In this document: positions 44,435 to 53,809 of the stretch, piece after piece
How the letters are laid out: every line of letters starts with the position of its first letter
Numbering within the stretch: position 1 is the stretch's first letter
Assembly: GCA_964592425.1 (NCBI GenBank)
Contig: CAZQCG010000004.1
Span: 74,257 to 138,256, forward strand
Direction: 5' to 3'
DNA from: an uncultured Chloroflexaceae bacterium
GTDB taxonomy: Bacteria > Chloroflexota > Chloroflexia > Chloroflexales > Chloroflexaceae
Length of the DNA: 64,000 nucleotides
Made by a program: the position numbers and the translations under genes
Notes under the pieces: model-generated
The model's database searches: none
What the model saw: the letters and a program-made list of their open reading frames with translations, nothing else
What the model was told of the DNA's origin: nothing

Positions 44435-45774
44435 CCGCGACTGTCGTCAGCACCACTCATACCGTACTCAACCCTGCGCTCACCCCGCTGGAGCCGTGGA
44501 TCGCAGCAACGATTGGGGCTCCTTCTCCGCTGGCACGGGATGCCCTCATACGCTGGCAGTTGAATCGGCTACAGGCGACGGTGAACCTGGCTCGGCAGCG
44601 AAGCCCTTTCTACCGCAAACGCCTTGTCGGAGCACCAGAGGAACTGACGAGTCTCGCTGATCTGGCCTTGCTACCTTTTACCACGGCTGACGACCTGCGG
44701 GCCAACCCACTACAACTCCTCTGTGTCTCACAGGACGCTATCCAGCGCATGATCACCCTGAGCAGTTCAGGCACCACCGGCGCGCCCAAGCGGGTCGCCT
44801 TCACCCATGCCGATCAGGAGTTAACCCTGCGCTTCTTCCAGGTGGGGATGAGTACCTTTACCCATCCAGGCGAGCGGGTTCTGGTCATGCTCCCTGGCCA
44901 GACGCCAGGCAGCGTAGGTGAACTGTTGCTCACCGCTCTGAGGCGCCTGGGTGCTGAAGGTATCCTGCACGACCCACTGGCGGATCCACACATGACAGCG
45001 CAGGTGATCGCAGCTAGTGGGGCAACTGTCCTGATCGGCACGCCCAGGCAGGCCATCATCCTGGCGCGCCACCCTGCCACAGCTGGTGCACGGCTGCGCA
45101 GTGCATTGCTCACTACGGATCATGTGCCGCACGCCATCGTTAGCGCCGTCGAGGCGGCCTGGGGCTGCACCGTCTACAACCATTACGGTATGACTGAAAT
45201 GGGGCTCGGCGGGGGCGTCGAATGCCAGGCGCGGCACGGTTACCACTTGCGCGAGGCGGATCTGCTCATCGAAATTGTGAACCCGGTGAGCGGAGTACCG
45301 CTCCCAGAGGGCGAGGCTGGCGAGATTGTCTTTACTACCCTCACACGAGAGGGGATGCCGCTCATCCGCTACCGCACCGGCGACGCCGGGCACTTCATCC
45401 CTGAGGCATGCCCCTGTGGGACAACGCTGCGAACCCTTGCACGGGTCACCCATCGGCCAGGTAGCTCGCCGAGGTTAGGGCATGCGCTGCTGACGATGGC
45501 TGATCTGGATGAAGCCCTCTTTCCGCTAGAGGGGGTCGTGGGCTTCACCGCTACACTCACCTATGAAGCCTCTGACCAATCCATTCTCATCGTGGAGATC
45601 GAGGCGCTGTCCAACTTCATGCTGGATAGGCGGATAGTCGAGCAAAGCCTGATGACGCTACCGGCGCTGAGCTATGCGGTCAACCTGGGTAGATTGGATC
45701 TGGTCATCAAGCAGCGGGCCTACGATCCGACGTGCAGGCACTCCTTCCAGAAGCGCGCCATTCAATGCCGATGA
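44431..45774 (+). CDS. AMP-dependent CoA-ligase-like protein (PaaK/F390-synthetase-like, DVU_1553-like)
   Basis: SSSGTTGAPKR, HYGMTEMG, GEIVFTTL.REGMPLIRYRTGD. Confidence 0.88.
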   Translation: MTATVVSTTHTVLNPALTPLEPWIAATIGAPSPLARDALIRWQLNRLQATVNLARQRSPFYRKRLVGAPEELTSLADLALLPFTTADDLRANPLQLLCVSQDAIQRMITLSSSGTTGAPKRVAFTHADQELTLRFFQVGMSTFTHPGERVLVMLPGQTPGSVGELLLTALRRLGAEGILHDPLADPHMTAQVIAASGATVLIGTPRQAIILARHPATAGARLRSALLTTDHVPHAIVSAVEAAWGCTVYNHYGMTEMGLGGGVECQARHGYHLREADLLIEIVNPVSGVPLPEGEAGEIVFTTLTREGMPLIRYRTGDAGHFIPEACPCGTTLRTLARVTHRPGSSPRLGHALLTMADLDEALFPLEGVVGFTATLTYEASDQSILIVEIEALSNFMLDRRIVEQSLMTLPALSYAVNLGRLDLVIKQRAYDPTCRHSFQKRAIQCR

Positions 45775-45800
45775 CGGGTGATTCTTCACCCGAAGGTTCA

Positions 45801-45834
45801 AAGAAAAAACAGAGCCGCCCCCGGGGGCGGCTCT
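45801..45834 (-). terminator. Intrinsic terminator of pufLM (likely bidirectional)
   Basis: 24-bp palindrome AGAGCCGCCCCCGGGGGCGGCTCT followed on the minus strand by GTTTTTTCTT. Confidence 0.85.
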
Positions 45835-45859
45835 AAAGATCATGTGGATCGGACAACAG

Positions 45860-46777
45860 TTACGGTGTGGGTGGCGGGAACTGCGGATAGGCGATCCCGG
45901 CCTCAACGCCCCACTGGAACCAGTTGTTGACGAAGTCGGGCATCGAGAGGAAGATGCCGATTGCCCCGGTCACCCCACAGAGCCAGGCAAACCAGAAGGC
46001 CCAGAGGTGGATCGAGTAGGCATTAGCATTAAAGCCCATACACCAGCGCCAGAAGAGTTGCGCCCGCTCGGTGCCTGTGCCGGGTGCCTGCATCTCGTCC
46101 CACTCCTCGTGCGCCGCATACTTCTCAAGCGCCCAGATCGTGCCGGCGTGCATGGCCAGCACCACCGTCGAGCCAAGCAGGAAGAAGATCGAGAGCATGT
46201 GGAAGGGATTGTAGTAGAAGTTGCCGTAGCGGACACTAACGTTGTTCGTCCAATCAAGCAGGGCCTTGAGGCCATGCGGCGGGGCCTCGGACCAGTCACC
46301 CATCCACATCGGACGGATGATATAGATCACCAGATAGAGAATGATCGCCCCGCTGAAGCCGTAGGCCAGATAGGGCTTAATCCCCAGAGTCGTGGCCCGC
46401 GAGTAGAGGAACATAAACCAGCAGAGGATCGACACTGTCAGGAAGAAAGTCGCGATCAACCACCAACCGCCCTGTTCAAGGGGGGCAAAGCTAAGGCCAT
46501 AGGCGGTGGAGGGTGGGTCGATCTGCAAGACGAAGAAATACTTGGCGAAGGCGATCGGGTTCCAGTTCACCTGGGCCGCCATCACCACGAGCCAGATAAA
46601 GGTGAAGATCGCGCCGGTCACATAGGCAGCGGCATTCCAGAAACCAAGGAAGGTCGGACCAATCTGACTATCGAGGCCGAAGTTCTCAAGAATCGGCAGT
46701 TCAATCGCCTTGCCGATGCGGCCTTTTGCGCGGGGCCCCAGCTCAAGGTCGCCGGGGATTGAATTCATCGTTGCCAT
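45860..46777 (-). CDS. pufM: Type II reaction centre M subunit
   Basis: YYNPFHMLSIFFLLGS..LAMHAG, WRWCMGFNAN; KALLDW has Leu in place of the accessory-BChl His; ATG 46777 after GGGAG. Confidence 0.97.
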   Translation of the reverse strand: MATMNSIPGDLELGPRAKGRIGKAIELPILENFGLDSQIGPTFLGFWNAAAYVTGAIFTFIWLVVMAAQVNWNPIAFAKYFFVLQIDPPSTAYGLSFAPLEQGGWWLIATFFLTVSILCWFMFLYSRATTLGIKPYLAYGFSGAIILYLVIYIIRPMWMGDWSEAPPHGLKALLDWTNNVSVRYGNFYYNPFHMLSIFFLLGSTVVLAMHAGTIWALEKYAAHEEWDEMQAPGTGTERAQLFWRWCMGFNANAYSIHLWAFWFAWLCGVTGAIGIFLSMPDFVNNWFQWGVEAGIAYPQFPPPTP

Positions 46778-46868
46778 AGTCACTCCCTATTGCGATTGTG
46801 AATTTTGGAGGCTGGGTGCGCAAGCACCCGACGGCCATCCAGCGGCACCAACCCAAAACTCAAAATCG

Positions 46869-47804
46869 TTACACGCCGCTCCACCAGGGCAGTACATTCC
46901 AGAAGTTCCAGAAGCTCACCCAATCCTGCACCAGCCAGCCGGAGAACAAGATGCAGAGGTTCGCCGAGAGAACACCGCCACAGGCGAAGAGGAAGCCCAG
47001 GCGGTGAATGCCCGACTCGCCGACGGAGTAGATGATCGCGTCGCGGAAGAACTGGTTCTCGATGTCGCCGCCCTCAGGGCCACGGTACTGGGCCGCGCTG
47101 AGGATAAGCGAGCCGTGACAGGCGAGCAGCCAGGTGGAGCCAAAGAGCCCAGCGATGCCCAGGGCGTGGAAGGGGTTGTAGAAGAAGTTGTTGTAGCGAT
47201 AACCGAAGTTAGAGACCCAGTCCAAGTGCGGCATCACGCCAAGCACAAAACCCTCGTGCCACTGACCCATCGCAATCGGGCGGATGATCTGCAAGGTCAC
47301 CCAGGCAGAGAAGACAACGCCGTAGGCCACCGCAATGTGGTAGCCCATATTCAGCTTCATGCTGATGTCTACCTGGCGCATCATCCAACCGAAGAAGGCG
47401 ATGGTGGCAAAGAGCACCGTCATCTGCCAGGCAAAGCCGGGTTGACCCGGACTGACCAGAGCCAGGCCAAGCTCAGCCGGGGGCGGATCAATGCGCCCGG
47501 CAAAGAAGTTCTGCGGATAGGAGAAAGGCCCACGCCACACAACCGCATCGAGGTAGAAGAACGTGCCGAAGATAACCCCGAGCACCGAGATGAAGCCCCA
47601 GAAGCCGACATAGAAGGGGCCGACCCAAAAATCAAACGGGTCATACTTGAACAGGCTGCTGAAGGTTGTCCGACCCTTGATCTTGTACTCCGGCTCCAAC
47701 TCCGCAACCGTCCGCCCTCCCGGCACCCGCGTCGAGCGTGCGCCGTCCAGGACAGTAAAGCCAAAGTCCGGGAAGCGGGGATCCTTTGCCTTGGTACCAC
47801 TCAT
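46869..47804 (-). CDS. pufL: Type II reaction centre L subunit
   Basis: MSGTKAKDPRFPDF, FDFWVGPFYVGF, HLDWVSNFGY, YNPFH, ACHGSLILS; ATG 47804 after GGGAG (track start 47984 runs into the promoter). Confidence 0.97.
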   Translation of the reverse strand: MSGTKAKDPRFPDFGFTVLDGARSTRVPGGRTVAELEPEYKIKGRTTFSSLFKYDPFDFWVGPFYVGFWGFISVLGVIFGTFFYLDAVVWRGPFSYPQNFFAGRIDPPPAELGLALVSPGQPGFAWQMTVLFATIAFFGWMMRQVDISMKLNMGYHIAVAYGVVFSAWVTLQIIRPIAMGQWHEGFVLGVMPHLDWVSNFGYRYNNFFYNPFHALGIAGLFGSTWLLACHGSLILSAAQYRGPEGGDIENQFFRDAIIYSVGESGIHRLGFLFACGGVLSANLCILFSGWLVQDWVSFWNFWNVLPWWSGV

Positions 47805-47927
47805 AACAGGCTCCCTTTCCAGAGGAGACGATGCACGGGGCCGTGGTGTGGTGGCCGTCGCCGTCTGCCGGTAACAGCCATGAAGAAAGAAGTTGCGGAA
47901 AAGAAAAAAGTTGATGCGCTCACGCGA

Positions 47928-47956
47928 AGTATAATACGCCGCAAAATCCTTGTCAA
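47928..47956 (-). promoter_or_regulatory. pufLM promoter
   Basis: TTGACA (47956-47951), 17 nt, TATACT (47933-47928). Confidence 0.8.
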
Positions 47957-48131
47957 GCAAGGCTTTGGGTGGTGTTTTCTGCACTCTAAAGCGTAACAGT
48001 AGCTTGAGCGCCCATGAACGGCTGATCCGTTCACGGGCGCTCTGCTTTGCATATATACAATCATGCCCTCTCAGCGTTGCGGCAAAACCTGAGCCGCCCC
48101 ACTTCGCCCCACCAAAGGTGGGGGGGGGCGG

Positions 48132-49691
48132 TCAGAGCATAAGCAGGTAGATCCCAGCCCCCACCATATAAACAATCAGCCCACTGGCCAGCAGCCAGGG
48201 CGGAGTGCGGCGTAGCCTGGGCAGAAGCAAGAGCGTCACACCCAAAATGGCGGGAGTACACAACAGGGCCAACCCGGCCATACTCGGCACACCCGCACCC
48301 GTCAACAACCCTGTCGCCAGGCTCTGGCGCTCAGCAGCGACATACGGCCGCACACCGAACCAGTCCAGCGGGTGGAATAGCAGGTGCATCCATGTCCGCG
48401 CTTGCCAGTTCACACCGAGTGAAAGACCCTCGCGATATGCATACGGGTCGAACCAACCCTCAAGGATATGCTCGAAGGCAAAAAGTAGTGCCAGCTGGTG
48501 CAGGCTCAAGCCAAGCACCAACATGGAGGCACCGATCAGCCAGAAGCGCCGCTCAGGCAGACGGCGCATCAAGCAGACAACCCCAATCGTGATCAGCGGG
48601 AGCAGGTCAACAAAGTAGCGACTGCCAAAGCCGCCACCGCCATACCAGTCCTTGCGATAAGCGAAAAGCACGATCTGGGCTACGATCGTGCTAATCATCG
48701 TCCAGCGCACGATGCGATCAGGGATCAGGGGCAGTCCAGCCAGGCCGAACACAGCCAGAGGCAGCCAGAAGATCAAGCCACGGTTGGTTGAGAGAAGAAT
48801 GTGCGGCAGATTGATCGGCAGGAGCGTTTTGGTGAAGAAGTAGGCTCCCTGCGGCATCACGAAGGCATTGCCATAAAGACGCTGCCAGAGTGCGAGCTGC
48901 GGGCTGATCACCAGGACAAGACTTAGCCCCAGAATCAGGGCCTGGATCAATACGGCACCAACCATCTGGCCTGAGCGCTGCTTGAAGGCCTTGAGCAGGT
49001 GTTCTCCCAGATAACTGGCGGGAATGATGGCCAGTAGAGCGCCATTCCAACGCATCAGAAAGGCTAGAGCGAGCCCAACTCCCAGCAACAACCCGCTATC
49101 GCGGCGCAACTCCGGTTGCTGTCGTAACTCCAGGTAGATCAATACCAGCCCTGCCACTGCAAAGAGCCCAGCTGTGTGGGCCATAATCGGCTGGCGAAAC
49201 ATATAGAAAAAGAGGGGCGTGGCCATCAAGCAGAGGGCTGTGGCGATAAGGGCATGGCGAGGTTCACCAAAATGACGCCCAATGCGATAGCAGAGGAAGA
49301 GGCCCAGCATCCCGTACAACGCTGAACCCAGGCTGACCATCACAATATAGGCTGGACCGAAACCATCAAGCCAGGCCGGGTGGATCCACAGTGCCAGCAC
49401 ATGCCCAAGCGCAAAGAATGGCATCCAGAGCAGACCTGGTCCAATTGGCCAGAAACTGCCCTGCAGGCCGGTCACGGTGTATGGCAACTCTGCCGTGCCG
49501 ATCACCGTCTCATTCCGAAAGTCAAGATCACCCTCGATCAGCGGCGAGCGCAACTGGGCATAGTAGAACGAAGGATCCCACATCCAGTTGTCAGTTGGGC
49601 CAAAGAAGAGGGCCACCATCAGCAACGCCAGTCCAAGCAAGCCAATCCTGGTACCACCCGGTGAACGAAGCCATGCCCATCGGATATGCAT
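48132..49691 (-). CDS. GT-C-fold membrane glycosyltransferase-like protein
   Basis: D...YYAQLRS...GDLDF, WPIGPGLLW, WYGGGGFGSRYF; polytopic. Confidence 0.65.
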   Translation of the reverse strand: MHIRWAWLRSPGGTRIGLLGLALLMVALFFGPTDNWMWDPSFYYAQLRSPLIEGDLDFRNETVIGTAELPYTVTGLQGSFWPIGPGLLWMPFFALGHVLALWIHPAWLDGFGPAYIVMVSLGSALYGMLGLFLCYRIGRHFGEPRHALIATALCLMATPLFFYMFRQPIMAHTAGLFAVAGLVLIYLELRQQPELRRDSGLLLGVGLALAFLMRWNGALLAIIPASYLGEHLLKAFKQRSGQMVGAVLIQALILGLSLVLVISPQLALWQRLYGNAFVMPQGAYFFTKTLLPINLPHILLSTNRGLIFWLPLAVFGLAGLPLIPDRIVRWTMISTIVAQIVLFAYRKDWYGGGGFGSRYFVDLLPLITIGVVCLMRRLPERRFWLIGASMLVLGLSLHQLALLFAFEHILEGWFDPYAYREGLSLGVNWQARTWMHLLFHPLDWFGVRPYVAAERQSLATGLLTGAGVPSMAGLALLCTPAILGVTLLLLPRLRRTPPWLLASGLIVYMVGAGIYLLML

Positions 49692-49821
49692 ACGCAGCGT
49701 CCTCCAAATAGCCGTAGAAGGCTTACTGCCCTACATAATGCCACGTCTAGCTTTCGGTATGGATAGAGGCACAGTGTGCTGGGCCCCACAACCCGCTCCG
49801 ATACACTCTTGTGGTTCCATT

Positions 49822-49930
49822 TACAGCGGTTCTCAGAAAGGTTGAGCCGACCTACGCGTCGTGGATGGCGTCCAGACGCATCGAGCCCCATCCCCCTAAC
49901 CCCCAACCCCAGCACGAAGCGCTCTAGGCT
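49822..49930. repeat. Dispersed ~108 bp MITE-like element, copy 2
   Basis: Matches 324-430; begins at the stop codon of the MshA-like gene. Confidence 0.8.
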
Positions 49931-51213
49931 CAAGAGACCTGGGCAAAGGGGCGTTGAGCCGCCCGTGCGGCCCGGTGGGTTGCCATCAGGTCGCTGTAGA
50001 GCGTCGTGATGCGACGAGCGATGTTGGCCCAACCATACTCGCTGGCCCGCGTATGCGCCGCGGCTCGTAACTGTTGCGCCAGCTCCGGTTGATCCAGCAG
50101 GCCAGCGATCTGCCTGGCCAGGGCCTGATGATCGTTGGGTGCTACGAGCAGCCCACTGCGCCCGTCTTCGATCGTCAGGGCCAGGCCCCCGGCATTGGAG
50201 GCGACCACCGCGGCACCTACGGCCATGGCTTCGAGCGCAACCATACCGAAGGACTCGTAGTGCGAGGGCACAGCCACTACGTCAGCGGCGGCAAAGTAGG
50301 CCGGCAGCAAGCTTTGGGGCTGTGCGCCGACAAAATGGACATGCGCACGTACACCCAGCTCACGGCGCAGCGTATCGAGACGGCGCTGCTCGCTGTTCCA
50401 GTGCAGTGGGCGGTTCTCTGGCTCGCCCCCAACCAGCAGCACCTGTAGATCGCTGGCCCAGGCTGCCCCGGAGGCACGCAACAGGGCCAGGGCACGGATC
50501 AGGGCATCCATTCCCTTCAGCGGCTCCATCCGTCCCACACAGAGCAGCAGGCGCGCAGCAGGGTCAAGCCCAAGTTGCGCACGGGCCTCGCTCTGGGGCT
50601 GGGGCTGGAAGCGGCGCAGATCAACCCCGCAGGGCACGACACGGATGCGCTCGGCCTCGGCCCCATAGTGCCAGACCATCTGCGCCCGGTCGAGGGACGT
50701 TGCTGCGACCACGGCATCAACCTCGTGCATCAGACGGCGCTCAATCGCAATCCGCTGGCCGGTCTCGGTCTCTTCACGACTGCGCGCCACGCTGTTCTTC
50801 ATCGCCCCAAGGGTATGGAACATATGCACCACTGGCACGCCCCAACTGCGCCGCAGACGCAAGGCTGCCTCACCGGAAAGCCAGTAGTGGCTATGGATCA
50901 CGTCATAGGAGAGATCCTCGCCGTCGGCGAAGCAGCGTACCCGGCTGACAAACTCGGGCAGATAGGTCAGCAGCCAGTTCTTATCATAGGGGGCACTGGG
51001 GCCAGCGTGTAGGTTCACCACGCGCACTCCGCAGGCAACCGTCTCAATGGTCGGTGCGGCACGATCCTGGCTCCGCGTGAAGATATCGACCGGTACGCCT
51101 CGGCTACCAAGTTCGCGGGCCAGCTCACGCACGTAGACATTCATCCCACCAGCTTCTTTGCCACCGAGACGGGCCAGGGGACTGCTATGCACACTCAACA
51201 TCGCCACTCGCAA
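49930..51213 (-). CDS. MshA-like GT4 glycosyltransferase (D-inositol-3-phosphate glycosyltransferase family)
   Basis: SVHSSPL...GG.EAGGMNVYV, HSHYWLSG, HMFHTLG..KN, PS.YESFG.VALEA. Confidence 0.8.
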   Translation of the reverse strand: MRVAMLSVHSSPLARLGGKEAGGMNVYVRELARELGSRGVPVDIFTRSQDRAAPTIETVACGVRVVNLHAGPSAPYDKNWLLTYLPEFVSRVRCFADGEDLSYDVIHSHYWLSGEAALRLRRSWGVPVVHMFHTLGAMKNSVARSREETETGQRIAIERRLMHEVDAVVAATSLDRAQMVWHYGAEAERIRVVPCGVDLRRFQPQPQSEARAQLGLDPAARLLLCVGRMEPLKGMDALIRALALLRASGAAWASDLQVLLVGGEPENRPLHWNSEQRRLDTLRRELGVRAHVHFVGAQPQSLLPAYFAAADVVAVPSHYESFGMVALEAMAVGAAVVASNAGGLALTIEDGRSGLLVAPNDHQALARQIAGLLDQPELAQQLRAAAHTRASEYGWANIARRITTLYSDLMATHRAARAAQRPFAQVS

Positions 51214-51373
51214 GGGCTTACTCCTATGAGCCGCGAAAAAGGGCGGCGATCATCCGGGTATGCCCGTGTTCGTCCGCCCCAACTTCGGGTACAGCTTGAT
51301 TGTCGTCCTACCGGAAGAGGCCTGCTGATCCGTTATACCACCATTTGGCTACCCAAACAAACCGCAAGTTCGG

Positions 51374-52066
51374 CTATCCCGTCAGGCGGTAGCGCAGCAA
51401 GGCCAGGATGGCATAAAAGCCCTGGCTGGGCTTCATCTTCTTGCCCTCTTCGTAGGTGCGCCCGATGTAGGAGATTGGTACCTCAAGGATGCGATGGCCC
51501 CGCAGGAGTGCCTTGGCCGTGATCTCCGGCTCGAGTCGAAAGTCGTTGCTCTCAAGCTCGAGGCTACGCAAAATCTCGGTGCGCATCACCTTGTAGCAGG
51601 TCTCCATATCCGAGATCCAGCAGTTGAAGAGGAAGTTGGTCAAAAAAGTCAGGCCCTTATTGCCGATGGCGTTCCAGAAATACATACCGGTGTGGCTTCC
51701 CAAAAAACGGCTGCCGTAGACCACATCGACGCGCCGATCAAGAATGGGCCGCACCAGGCGGTAGTAATCATCCGGGTCGTACTCGAGATCGGCGTCCTGG
51801 ATGATCGTAATCTCGCCACGGGCATGGGCCAGGCCACTCCGTACCGCAGCCCCTTTGCCCCGGTTGAACGGATGGCTGATTACTGTCAACTGCGGGTTGC
51901 GCTGAGCCTCGACCTGCAACAGCGCCAGCGTCCCGTCGGAGGAGTGGTCATCAACCGCAATGATCTCTTTATCGAGATCCACCGCCATCACCCGCTCCAG
52001 GATCGCTGGTAGGGTTTCCACCTCGTTATAACAGGGCATGATCACCGAAATCAGTGGACGTTGCAT
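51374..52066 (-). CDS. GT2 polyprenol-phosphate glycosyltransferase
   Basis: SVIMPCYNE, DDHSSDGT, NRGKGAA, QDADLEYDP, SDMETCYK. Confidence 0.9.
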   Translation of the reverse strand: MQRPLISVIMPCYNEVETLPAILERVMAVDLDKEIIAVDDHSSDGTLALLQVEAQRNPQLTVISHPFNRGKGAAVRSGLAHARGEITIIQDADLEYDPDDYYRLVRPILDRRVDVVYGSRFLGSHTGMYFWNAIGNKGLTFLTNFLFNCWISDMETCYKVMRTEILRSLELESNDFRLEPEITAKALLRGHRILEVPISYIGRTYEEGKKMKPSQGFYAILALLRYRLTG

Positions 52067-52186
52067 AATTGCAGCTTTTGGATTGTAGATTGCCGTAAAT
52101 CCTGCGCTCGCCTCATCACTCGTCACTGATCACTCGTCACTGGTATAACGTGGTTGCGCAGAGCGCAGGCGATTGTAGCAGAAGGC

Positions 52187-53788
52187 TCAAGCAGCGTCAA
52201 CGGGTTGCAGCACTACAACAATGAATTGACGTGCGGCACGGATCAAGGCCAGGAGATAGAGGGTTAGCAGCACCAGGTAGAAGGGTGGCCAGCCCGGCAA
52301 GCCCGGCTTCTGCGCAGCGAGCACGGTCAGCGGCCAGGGCATACCGTAGTAGTAGCTGATCACGGCCGCCAGCCCGGCAAAGTTGATCAGCATAAAACAG
52401 GCGGTTGTCCCAAGCGCAACCAGCGGACGCCGGTGGATAGGAGCCAGCCGCTGCAACCCGAAGAGCAAAAGGATCACCATCCCGGCCAACCCGCCAAAGA
52501 GGTAACGCCCATGGGGAATATAGGAGTGGTTGGCATAGGGTGGTAATGGATGCACCCGGACGCTCACGGCGATCAGCCCGACCAGCAGGGTCGCAAAAAA
52601 GAGCCAGATCGTCCGCCTGCGCCACAACGGAAGATTCTCGGGACGCCAGGCAGCTAGCAGCAGCCCGCTCCCGGCCAGGGCCAGCAAGGCCATGATCAGC
52701 AGATACCAGCCCTGGCCAATCCGTACATGACCCCAGGCAAGGGTGGCCCAGTAGGTCAGGGGGATGACCTCGGCAAGCTGTGCGTAGGTCGGCAGGCTGT
52801 TGGGCAGGTCGGCCAGGGAGTGTACGGTCGCATCCAGGTAGAAGTGCAGGTAACGGTCGTCGAGTTCCATCACCCAGGGGCGAATGGCCAGGGCCGTTGT
52901 GCCACTGGTAACATCCAGACGCAGCGTAGTCCCTGCAACGATGGCACTTACCACAAGCAGCGCCAACACCAGCCAGATGGGATTCTGGCGCTTGCGCACA
53001 ACGGCCCAGACCAGGGCCATAGCCAGCGGCAACGCACCGATCAGCGCAGTGCGTTTGGCCATCACCGCAACCAGAAGGCTCAGCAAAGCCAGCACCAGTG
53101 GCAAGGGACGCAATCCGTCACGCACCAACAATACACAGCCCAGCAGGAGGATAACCCCGGTGAAGTTGATCAGCACATCGTTATTGACTGCACTCATGAT
53201 CGCGGCGAAAGGCGGGACGGCTGCGTAGATCAGGGGCACGGCCAATTGAAAGGCTGGCTCGTCCGGAGCAAAGACCTGGGCCAGGCGCCAGGCGGTGGCC
53301 ACCGCCAGGGTGTAGAGCAGCACACTGATCAGGCGGGCCGTGTAGAGCTGGCTCTCTACCGGCAGGGCAAGGGTCGCCCGCACGGCGGCAGCGTTTAAGG
53401 CATAGTAGAGCGGTGGATGCTGGCGCTGGTCGAAGCCGATGGAAGGCAGTGAGTCACTACGCAAGTCAGGACTCACTTCAGGCTTCCAGAAGTTAAAGCG
53501 CTGCATCGAGACGGCCAACTCCCGACGGATGGCCGGGGGAACCTTCGTTGCCATCTCAGTCGCGGGGGCACCAAGCACGGCAAGTAGCCGGGCATACTCG
53601 AAATGGCCCGGCTCGTCATAGTGCTGCCAGGGCGGCAGCAGCGTCAGGTAGAGCAGGCCCTGCAGCAGGACTAGCGGGAGCAGCCAGTTCAGAATCTTCC
53701 AGGCCGCCCGTGCCTCTGTGGTAAGGTCGGACGCCTTCATAGAACGAGCCAGCTGATCAGAGGTCGGTACAGATGAGGGGAGGTTCAC
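52187..53788 (-). CDS. DUF2142-like GT-C membrane protein
   Basis: PPWQHYDEPGH, QHPPLYY, VNND, GRYLF. Confidence 0.7.
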   Translation of the reverse strand: MNLPSSVPTSDQLARSMKASDLTTEARAAWKILNWLLPLVLLQGLLYLTLLPPWQHYDEPGHFEYARLLAVLGAPATEMATKVPPAIRRELAVSMQRFNFWKPEVSPDLRSDSLPSIGFDQRQHPPLYYALNAAAVRATLALPVESQLYTARLISVLLYTLAVATAWRLAQVFAPDEPAFQLAVPLIYAAVPPFAAIMSAVNNDVLINFTGVILLLGCVLLVRDGLRPLPLVLALLSLLVAVMAKRTALIGALPLAMALVWAVVRKRQNPIWLVLALLVVSAIVAGTTLRLDVTSGTTALAIRPWVMELDDRYLHFYLDATVHSLADLPNSLPTYAQLAEVIPLTYWATLAWGHVRIGQGWYLLIMALLALAGSGLLLAAWRPENLPLWRRRTIWLFFATLLVGLIAVSVRVHPLPPYANHSYIPHGRYLFGGLAGMVILLLFGLQRLAPIHRRPLVALGTTACFMLINFAGLAAVISYYYGMPWPLTVLAAQKPGLPGWPPFYLVLLTLYLLALIRAARQFIVVVLQPVDAA

Positions 53789-53809
53789 GGTACTTGCTCG
53801 TTCTACACC

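Noticed and set aside
45860-46777. PufM His-to-Leu (KALLDW) and Tyr-to-Leu (FFLLGS) substitutions
   Set aside because: Known features of the Chloroflexus reaction centre (3 BChl a + 3 BPhe a).
5658-47804. pufBAC and pufLM in separate operons ~36 kb apart
   Set aside because: Separate puf operons are established for Chloroflexus-type phototrophs; useful taxonomically, not novel.
46710-47996. Long antisense or off-frame ORFs (e.g. 46710-47996, 15539-16789, 19224-20378, 60569-61537)
   Set aside because: Shadow ORFs of real genes in GC-rich DNA; no recognisable motifs.
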